Notes under the pieces: model-generated
Told to the model about the DNA's origin: nothing
What the model saw: the letters and a program-made list of their open reading frames with translations, nothing else
Databases searched by the model: none
Assembly: GCA_030867685.1 (NCBI GenBank)
Contig: JAQOWU010000008.1
Span: 248,001-312,000 of the forward strand
Origin: Wickerhamiella versatilis
Taxonomy: Eukaryota
Length of the DNA: 64,000 nt
Direction: 5' to 3'
Program-made: the position numbers and the translations under genes
Shown: piece by piece, positions 56,215 through 64,000 of the stretch
Position numbering within the stretch: the first letter of the stretch is position 1
How the letters are laid out: the number at the start of each line of letters is the position of its first letter

Positions 56215-57354
56215 TTAGACGCTTGCGATAGCGTATGCACTATTCTTCTCTTCTGAGAGAGTTGGTTGCGTAATTCTTTCTCCCAATCTATTCAAAAACT
56301 TCAGAATAGCATTGGTGATAATCTGCTCAGCGGGATTGAATACCTTTTGCCTGAAATACTCCAGCAATGAACAACCAGCGTACACTGAAACCACAGAAAC
56401 AAGAGCATGTAAAATAAAAAAGGGATGGTTCTGATATCTTTTTGTGTCTACAAATGTGTTCCAGATGTCAACCTTAAGGAAAGTATTCTCGTGGATTAAA
56501 TAGACGCCAAGAGTGCAGCCAGATACGTGATTAACGGCTTCTGAATACAACTCCAATCGAAGGGCTAGTAGAAAAGCAACTATCCCAATATATAGAGCAA
56601 GCTTGCTATTGTTTTCACGAGTTAATGCGCCAGGACCACCATGTGTCCTCGCGTATTCCGCATAAGGGTTGGCAGTGAAATATATAACGCTCCCATAATT
56701 CACTAACAAAAGGATTGCTAGCATAATCTTCAATTTTCTGGTAGATATCTTTGCAATCCTAGGCTCGAAGCGTCGAATTGATGCTCCTATAAGTGCCACA
56801 AACAAGAACCACTGAATATTGCAATAAGAGTGGTAGGTGTCCCAACCCAGAACACACATAATTACAAACAAGGATATTATCATTGTAATAAGCTTGGTCT
56901 CAGGCAATTCTTTTGCCGCCAGTGCTGTGCCCGGTGATAGTAACATGGCGGCTATATATGTTGAAATGTACCAATAAGCGAAATGAGTCACAGGAAGAAG
57001 TGCAGTTTTAATATCATTTGGCCACATTGGTCTGCGGAGCCATTCAGCAAAAAAAATCAAATAGGACCAATTAACTGTCTGAAACCAGGTTCTAATCAGA
57101 GACGCTGGCTTCATTCCCTGATCCTTGAAGAAATATCCACTTAAGAGAAGAAATATATTCACCCCGACCTTACCTCCAGTTGACATAAAATTCATAAAAG
57201 TTTCATTGAATAAATGCTTTGGATAGCCACTTTCGTCGTATTCGAATACTCGATCAGATTGATAATGCTGAGCTACGATGAGTACCATGCCCACGATTCG
57301 AAGCAATTCCAAGTTCGATCGTCTGACAGTAACCTGAGGATTTACAGTGCTCAT
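56215..57354 (-). CDS. Acyltransferase family 3 membrane protein, bacterial (Firmicutes-like) type
   Basis: RRSNLELLRIVGMVLIVAQH, GKVGVNIFLLLSGYF, YWYISTY, TLGVYLIHEN, LEYFRQ. First ATG at 57354. Confidence 0.85.
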   Translation of the reverse strand: MSTVNPQVTVRRSNLELLRIVGMVLIVAQHYQSDRVFEYDESGYPKHLFNETFMNFMSTGGKVGVNIFLLLSGYFFKDQGMKPASLIRTWFQTVNWSYLIFFAEWLRRPMWPNDIKTALLPVTHFAYWYISTYIAAMLLSPGTALAAKELPETKLITMIISLFVIMCVLGWDTYHSYCNIQWFLFVALIGASIRRFEPRIAKISTRKLKIMLAILLLVNYGSVIYFTANPYAEYARTHGGPGALTRENNSKLALYIGIVAFLLALRLELYSEAVNHVSGCTLGVYLIHENTFLKVDIWNTFVDTKRYQNHPFFILHALVSVVSVYAGCSLLEYFRQKVFNPAEQIITNAILKFLNRLGERITQPTLSEEKNSAYAIASV

Positions 57355-57923
57355 TTTGCGAAAAGAATGACGGCAATGCAAGATTGACAGCTGCGATGGC
57401 TTGGCACTTGGTTACTAATCATCAGCCGCAGAGGACGCCGCATGTGCAACCCGTATCCATTTCGAAACTTTGACTTTTATAGACATAGTTGTAAATATAT
57501 GACACATGAAAATTATATTCACATAAACAACCCATGCCCCCTTTCAAATCCTAGAAACAGGTTCTCCTGTGGTAGTACTAGCCTCAGCCTCCATAAATTT
57601 CTATATAATCGATGTGTAACACCATGCACGATTCCGTGACATAAGCAGAGGAAACAATAGCGGCCTCTACTTATCACATGATTTGTGGATGTAGTGGGGA
57701 TTCATCTATTAAAATATATTTATCTATATATGTATATATGGTGGGTAGGGAACAAAATTCTTTTGTGAGTTGTGGCCTCAAAATTGAACTGACCGGCATG
57801 GGTATTAGTGAAAGGTAATAATAATAAAGATATTCTGTGCGATGCGTTGGGCTCATCTCACTGAATTTCGCTATTTAAAAGAATGTTAGACTTAATATAC
57901 TATAAAGTATTATTTAGTAAGTG

Positions 57924-60650
57924 TTAGAAACGTTTCTTGATATTCCAGATGCGCTCAGCATATTCGTCAATGGCACGATCGGACGAGAAAAATCCTGAGT
58001 TGGCCACGCTGTAGACGCACTTCTTTACCCAGTGCTTTAAATGATACTCCTCATCTCTACCATTGCTAAACTCCTTGTCAACATTTTTGTGAGCCTCCAA
58101 GAACAGCTCAAAATCTTCGGCAACTAGATAATAATCACCATGGAAACGAATACTATCCAGTAAAGATCGGAACTCTTCTTGACTTCCAAAAGTACCTGAG
58201 TCAATGGCATCGAACACTTCAAGGAGTGACATCGGCAGGTGAACGCCCCTGCGGTTTCTTTCTCTTATTTCCGGCACTTCGTTAGCGAGCCGACCAAACA
58301 AAAAAATGTTTTCTTTACCGATCTCTCGTGTTATTTCCACATTAGCGCCATCTACTGTGCCAATTAAAAGACCACCATTCATAGAAAATTTCATGTTAGA
58401 TGTCCCTGAGCCCTCGGTTCCTGCAGTTGAAATATGATTCGACAGATCTGAACCGGGACAGAGGATTTCTGCCTTTGATACGTTGTATCCTGGGAGGAAT
58501 ACAACCTTAAGAAGACCTCCAATTTCAGGGTCACTGTTTACCACATCTGCAACGGCGTTTGCGAGATGGATGATGGTTTTTGCCATATAGTAGCCTGGTG
58601 CAGCGATACCACTGATAATAGAAGCCTTGGGAAGGACATACTTACTCGCAATTTCATCGATGGACACGCCATCTTTTACAAGTTGCTTTATTCTGAGATA
58701 TCGGTGTATCACTGCGAATATATTTAGCTGCTGTCGCTTGTACTCGTGAATTCGTTTACATTGGATATCGAAGAGAACGTTGTGATCTAACACTACTCCG
58801 GTCGTATCCTTCACAAGTTTAGCAAGCCTGCGCTTGTTTTCAATCTTGACCTGGGACCATTTTCGCAAGAAGCTTAAGTCGTCAGCAAAAGCCTCCAGCT
58901 TTTTGAGCTCACCAGGTTTTGTTAACCAGGAATCAGTCGGATCGTTTAGCGTCTCACTGATCAATTTACAAAGCGAAGGATTAGCAACTTTTATCCAACG
59001 TCGCGGAGTAATGCCATTAGTTACGTTTGTGAATTTTGAGTCACCAAATACCTTGACGTACTGAGGGAATAGGTCGGTTTTCACCAAATTTGAGTGTAGC
59101 TCTGCAACACCATTGACAGTGTGACTAGCTATCACAGCCAAGTAAGCCATACGTACCTGTTTTATAGAACCCTCTTCGATGATTGAACAGTCCCGAAGCA
59201 TGTTGTTATCGTTAGGAAACTTGCGTGATACTTCCTGTAAGAATTTCCAATTGATTTCATAGATAATCTCGAGGTGTCGAGGTAATAACCTTTCAAACAA
59301 CCACACTGGCCATTTTTCAAGAGCTTCTTGCATGACAGTATGGTTTGTATACGAAAACACACGATTGACAATACCCCACGCATCGTCCCACGCCAACCTT
59401 TCATCATCCACAAGGATACGCATCATCTCTACAACAGCTATAGTCGGATGGGTATCATTTAACTGGATGGCGACGAACTTAGGCATTTCCTTCCACTCGT
59501 GCCCGCGTTTACGGAACCGGCGACAAATATCATGAAGCGCCGCTGTAACCCAAAAGAACTGTTGTTTTAAACGAAGTTCTTTTCCCTTCTCGAAATTATC
59601 GTTAGGATAGAGCACAGCTGTAATAGACTCAGCTTGAAGCAGATCTGAAACAGCACCATCGTAGTCACCTGAATTGAACTTCGAAAATTCAAAGTCATGT
59701 GTAGGTCTTGCCGCAAAAAGCCTTAGGTTATTGCAATTAGTCGTCTTGTAGCCTGGAATAGGATAGTCAAAGGCCAATGCCCACAACTTTTGGCCACCCT
59801 TCCACACCTTTCGTACGGAACCGTCGGCATCATACTCCTCATCTACATAACCATAAAATCTGACAGGAATCTCTATTTCATTCCGCTCAATTTCCCACGG
59901 GCTTCCGTGACGCAACCATTCATCTGGCACCTCAATTTGATATCCATTAACTATTTTTTGCTTGAAAATGCCAAACCTGTAGTTCAAACCATAACCCCAG
60001 CCACTGTAGTTTCGAGAGGATAGACTATCCATGAAACATGCAGCAAGGCGTCCCAACCCTCCATTCCCAAGACCGGCGTCTGGTTCTCGTTCGAGCACAT
60101 CCTCCATCCGAAATCCCAGCTCTGAAAGACTCTCGTCGACCGTGTGACGTCCACCTATATTCGTCATAGCATTGTCCATAGCGCGGCCCATTAGAAATTC
60201 CAAAGACAAATAATATACTCGCTTTTCATCTTCAAAAGCCTGCTCTTGCTGAGTATTCGCCCAATTTATAACCAGAGCATCTCTAACAGCCTTTGAGGAT
60301 GCCTCATAGGCACTTTGATTAGAACAATTGTACATGGACCGTGCAGCATCACATTCAACATAGTGAACAAACTCTTTCTCGAATTCGTCCTTGTTTTCTT
60401 TCGTCCATTCGCCTGTACGGCTTCCTTGTCTCCTTAATATAGCATTCTCTATGTCAGACTTCAAACTTTCATCAGTAGAAGAAAGAAGTGGCTCTACTGG
60501 GTCCAGTTGGGAGTATTTTTGCCATACTGCCTTGGCCGAATCGGGTAATTCAGAGGCATATTGGACAAGCTGGTTCATTGTGAAACCTGTATTGCGTCTT
60601 TGATGACGGTATGGAGGCGGAGTGCCTTCAATCTCTGCTGCCTCTGTCAT
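57924..60650 (-). CDS. GPH1: Glycogen phosphorylase
   Basis: 908 aa. N-terminal RRNTGF phospho-site region, LGNGGLGRLAACF, IQLNDTHP, YTNHT, NGITPRRW, KRIHEYKRQ, GTSNMKF (PLP Lys). Confidence 0.97.
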   Translation of the reverse strand: MTEAAEIEGTPPPYRHQRRNTGFTMNQLVQYASELPDSAKAVWQKYSQLDPVEPLLSSTDESLKSDIENAILRRQGSRTGEWTKENKDEFEKEFVHYVECDAARSMYNCSNQSAYEASSKAVRDALVINWANTQQEQAFEDEKRVYYLSLEFLMGRAMDNAMTNIGGRHTVDESLSELGFRMEDVLEREPDAGLGNGGLGRLAACFMDSLSSRNYSGWGYGLNYRFGIFKQKIVNGYQIEVPDEWLRHGSPWEIERNEIEIPVRFYGYVDEEYDADGSVRKVWKGGQKLWALAFDYPIPGYKTTNCNNLRLFAARPTHDFEFSKFNSGDYDGAVSDLLQAESITAVLYPNDNFEKGKELRLKQQFFWVTAALHDICRRFRKRGHEWKEMPKFVAIQLNDTHPTIAVVEMMRILVDDERLAWDDAWGIVNRVFSYTNHTVMQEALEKWPVWLFERLLPRHLEIIYEINWKFLQEVSRKFPNDNNMLRDCSIIEEGSIKQVRMAYLAVIASHTVNGVAELHSNLVKTDLFPQYVKVFGDSKFTNVTNGITPRRWIKVANPSLCKLISETLNDPTDSWLTKPGELKKLEAFADDLSFLRKWSQVKIENKRRLAKLVKDTTGVVLDHNVLFDIQCKRIHEYKRQQLNIFAVIHRYLRIKQLVKDGVSIDEIASKYVLPKASIISGIAAPGYYMAKTIIHLANAVADVVNSDPEIGGLLKVVFLPGYNVSKAEILCPGSDLSNHISTAGTEGSGTSNMKFSMNGGLLIGTVDGANVEITREIGKENIFLFGRLANEVPEIRERNRRGVHLPMSLLEVFDAIDSGTFGSQEEFRSLLDSIRFHGDYYLVAEDFELFLEAHKNVDKEFSNGRDEEYHLKHWVKKCVYSVANSGFFSSDRAIDEYAERIWNIKKRF

Positions 60651-62006
60651 ATTCTTGTTTTCTTAGGATAAAGTTCTCGGGGCTATACAGCAATGATAGT
60701 AGATTGGGTATGGGTGAATCTGAACGTGGAGTATATCAATGTGGGTTTGGGTTGGGCTCCAGCACTCAATCTGCCGCGATATATACGATGAGGTTGATTC
60801 GGCCCGTTCGCAACTAACATCGAAGGCATTTATTCAGTTTAAGACCTGGAATGAATTTCCTCAAATGATGATAATGTTTAGTTTTTAGCAGCTTGCTCCA
60901 CCCATCCAGCAGACAAGCCCTTACCGTCTACATTAAACAAGGAGAAAGTAGTGAAATGGCAGCTTTTTTGTGAGAAGTAGTGGAAAGTTTTGGCTCTGTT
61001 CGTACCAAGCCTCATAATTACATCAGACTTTTTTAATGAAGACATAATCGACTAGAAGATACTCGTCTATGTGGCATCAACCAACCAATCTTGAGTATTG
61101 TCCGCTTGTCGTTCATACTTCTTGTTTGGCAAGGATAAGAAGGCTGCAAGGTGATATTATGTACTGCTTGGAGAATTTGAGATTATCCAGTATTCATATG
61201 AAGGCTTTAGTTCGATTAAAAAGATATCTGACATAGCATACTTTACCGGAGTGGGTAGCCCACTTCACTACCTGAGACTGGTTGGACAATGCAAGATAGC
61301 CCACTGGGTAGTGAAAAGTACGTATAAGGCAATTGACCAAAATCAGTATCCCGATGCCTATTGAATTTTAGTGATGTCCAATTCGAGATGATAGGGAGAG
61401 AACAACAGCTATCCAGCCCACCTACTATTACATTTTTTTCTTGTGCTGGTGATACTGTCCAAATGTACACTGGCAGAGGTCATTTAACTAAGATACCTAA
61501 TATCCAAGCCTACGTAATTGGAATGCATCATATGTACATAAATTTAGCTCTGAAGGGCTCACAGTAGGTGCACCTCACTGGATCATGATAAAATTTATCG
61601 GAGGATGAGCAAGTAGCCGAACCGACATTAACTAAGCTCCCATCTGCGGAGGAATATAATCATTTATTTTTAGTTGGTTCACAATTGATTGATATATTCT
61701 TGTACCGAAATATGGTGAGACGTTCCTCGTTTGGTTACTCCCGCTCGTCTTATGTTTGGAAACAGCTACCTGCCTCATAACTAAACCAGTGACAAAAAGA
61801 GCTTAGGAATTTGTATGGGCCTAGATCACTAGGAAATGCTAGTATTAGTGTCCTTCATGAATTAAGAATGTAATAGCTGCTGAAAAGATTATCCTGAGAT
61901 TTTCTATTTTTGAATGAAACTGCCCTTACCCATCATATTTGTTTGTCACACCCGGGTTCAAAGTGGTCCAGAACGCGTTTTCCAGTAATCAATAAGCTTG
62001 GGCAAG

Positions 62007-63515
62007 ATGTTCGCCGCCTTATTTGCCTGGGTTGCGCTAGTTAATGCGGGTGCTGTCCAGTTTGACCTTAAGCGTGATTCGGCGAGCCCACTCCAGAAAC
62101 GATTGGCGCATAGTTTAGCACGGAGGGCAGCCGGAGAACCAGCCGCTCCGGGAAGTATATTTGCCAAGCGGGATTCTGACAATACTGACGACGTTGCACT
62201 TGTTAATGAAAAATCGTATTATAGTACTGACATTTTGGTAGGTACTCCGGGCCAGAATATAACAGTTTTGATAGATACGGGCTCGAGCGACCTTTGGGTT
62301 ATGTCGTCAAGCAACCCCTACTGCTCGTCTGGCTTGGCTCAGGATAAAAGCTGCGGTGATAACTTGATTTTTGACCAATCTAAATCTAGCACCTTTAGTG
62401 CTAATGAGAGTGACCCATTCGAGATTCAGTACGGGGATGGAACGTACGCAAATGGAACGTACGCCCAGGATGTGGTGGTCGTTGGAAGCATCAATATCAC
62501 GAACGCAAACTTCGCTTTAGCATCGGAGGCTAACTCTTCAAGTGTGGTTTGGGGAATTGGACTACGTGGCACGGAGGCCGAGGCCGACACGTTGAGCGGT
62601 GGCAGTTTGACTCCTTCATATTCTAACCTACCAATACAAATGAAGGAGCAAGGTTATATTGATTCTGTAGCATACAGCCTTTGGCTGGATCGTATTAGCG
62701 AATCCTCAGGGTCTCTTTTGTTTGGAGGTGTTGATCACAGTAAATACACGGGCTCGTTGCAAGTGATCCCGATGCTTAAGACGGTTAGCGCTCTTAATAG
62801 TCCATCACGTTTCGAGGTAGTTCTCGATAGTATTGGATACTATGACTCTAACGGCAAGTCTTCAACCGTTGTTGACAGTAGTTTACCAGTACTGCTTGAT
62901 TCGGGCACCACTATGATGATGCTCCCAGCGAATATATTGAGTCCTCTAATGGACTCCATTGGAGCCCGATATGATCACTCAGAAGGAGTATATGTAATCG
63001 AATGTGATGCTAGTGGCGGCCTGACGTTTGATTTTAGTGGAGCGGTAATTGCCGCATCTATTGAAGACATAACCATTCCTATTGGAGGCGTAGGCGGAAA
63101 AGATTACTGTCTTGTTGGGATTTATCCAACATCTGGCGACTATATTCTAGGTGACACTTTCTTGCGCAGTGCATACGTGGTTTTTGATCTTGAAAATTAT
63201 GAAGTTGGCATCGCGAATGCCTCGCGAACTACATCAAAATCGGAGAATGTTGAAGCAATCTCCTCTGGTATTCCCTCAGCTTCAAGGGCATCGGGGTACT
63301 CGAATACTGCTGTTGCATCAGGTGTCTCCGTGGCCGGTGGTGGCGGCACTGCTGTTGGAGGCCAAGGCGGTGATCCCACAGCTTCCCTAAGCTCATTATT
63401 ATTGGGAAGTGGTACTATGGAGGGTTCGTCAGGGGCCTCTAGTGATGGTGGAAACTCAATTACAGGATCTGGATGGTCCTTGACGCTAGCAGGCTGCATT
63501 CTATTTCTTATTTAG
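62007..63515 (+). CDS. YPS: Yapsin-like GPI-anchored aspartyl protease
   Basis: Signal peptide from ATG 62007, KR/RR pro-peptide sites, catalytic DTGS and DSGT, ILGDTFLRSAYVVFDL, Ser/Gly-rich tail and hydrophobic C-terminus. Confidence 0.92.
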   Translation: MFAALFAWVALVNAGAVQFDLKRDSASPLQKRLAHSLARRAAGEPAAPGSIFAKRDSDNTDDVALVNEKSYYSTDILVGTPGQNITVLIDTGSSDLWVMSSSNPYCSSGLAQDKSCGDNLIFDQSKSSTFSANESDPFEIQYGDGTYANGTYAQDVVVVGSINITNANFALASEANSSSVVWGIGLRGTEAEADTLSGGSLTPSYSNLPIQMKEQGYIDSVAYSLWLDRISESSGSLLFGGVDHSKYTGSLQVIPMLKTVSALNSPSRFEVVLDSIGYYDSNGKSSTVVDSSLPVLLDSGTTMMMLPANILSPLMDSIGARYDHSEGVYVIECDASGGLTFDFSGAVIAASIEDITIPIGGVGGKDYCLVGIYPTSGDYILGDTFLRSAYVVFDLENYEVGIANASRTTSKSENVEAISSGIPSASRASGYSNTAVASGVSVAGGGGTAVGGQGGDPTASLSSLLLGSGTMEGSSGASSDGGNSITGSGWSLTLAGCILFLI

Positions 63516-63555
63516 TGTCATTGTGTACATTTTGTCAATAGTACTCAGTATTAAC

Positions 63556-63999
63556 CTATTCAATAAATAAGCGAGAGTTCAATTCCCGGTAAAGCTCATA
63601 ATCATGACTAGTTTTTAGTGCATACCCAGATCGTTGTGCAGCACGCCTGGCTACGTCGCTCCAAAGCAGGGCCTCATCGTGAGAACGAGAGGTTTCTCGA
63701 TAATGGCCATTTCGGTATTGTGTTGCAGCTAAAATAGCATCAAACCTAGCAACAGGCAAGCCACAGGCCTCCTCCAAGTATCTCAAAACTGAGGCTAAGG
63801 CCAGAAAATTCTGTGAGGCTGTCAACGCTTTGACGACCCAAACGGCAATACCTCGCTCCAGCACGGGGCACTCCTTTACCGTGACCTCAAGTAGGCGCCG
63901 GATATCGGGGAAAAATGGATCAGTCTCGAGCTTCCTATGGTTTCGCAAAAGAACATAAACAAGCCGCCACACTAAAACCAAGCTTTGCGAGTCTAAAAG
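63556..63999 (-). CDS. 3' end of an unidentified helical protein; the frame stays open to the window edge
   Basis: No stop codon from 63999 down to the terminal stop at 63556; converges 40 bp from the yapsin stop. Confidence 0.6.
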   Translation of the reverse strand, partial: LLDSQSLVLVWRLVYVLLRNHRKLETDPFFPDIRRLLEVTVKECPVLERGIAVWVVKALTASQNFLALASVLRYLEEACGLPVARFDAILAATQYRNGHYRETSRSHDEALLWSDVARRAAQRSGYALKTSHDYELYRELNSRLFIE

Positions 64000-64000
64000 T

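Noticed and set aside
639-63499. Short ORFs antisense to or nested in the long genes (e.g. 639-860, 20551-20805, 58834-59064, 63197-63499)
   Set aside because: They are shadow frames of well-supported genes with no independent motifs.
1-64000. tRNA genes, transposase or retroelement ORFs, LTRs, telomeric repeats
   Set aside because: None were recognised by eye. tRNAscan-SE and a repeat-library search would be needed to exclude short or degenerate elements.

Overview
This is yeast nuclear DNA (Saccharomycotina). The divergent rRNA, short ITS spacers, CYP52 gene and many bacterial-type genes suggest the Wickerhamiella/Starmerella group, but that is inference from recalled family features, not a database result. 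The window has three parts. (1) 1-38.5 kb is an AT-rich accessory region. Ordinary fungal genes (alpha-arrestin, sugar porter, old yellow enzyme, CYP52, sarcosine/pipecolate oxidase, SOU1-like reductase, two MFS transporters, ECL1, GH5) are interleaved with ten intact, intronless genes that look bacterial: a class A beta-lactamase-fold serine hydrolase, two SDRs, a DhaK-type dihydroxyacetone kinase, a PLP aminotransferase, MdaB, an acyltransferase-3, a TetR regulator, acetolactate decarboxylase and ACC deaminase. (2) 38,577-53,187 holds two 7,305-bp rDNA units on the minus strand with no recognisable 5S gene, followed by a 100-N gap and a degenerate T-rich minisatellite. (3) 55-64 kb is housekeeping sequence: intron-containing RPN13, a second bacterial-type acyltransferase-3, GPH1, a yapsin and a partial ORF. 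The most notable observations are a bacterial TetR gene head-to-head (76 bp) with a fungal-type MFS transporter, the tandem alsD-acdS pair at the rDNA border, the apparent multi-donor HGT island, and an RPN13 intron whose retention would give a Pru-only protein. All family and donor assignments come from motif recognition; no searches were run.
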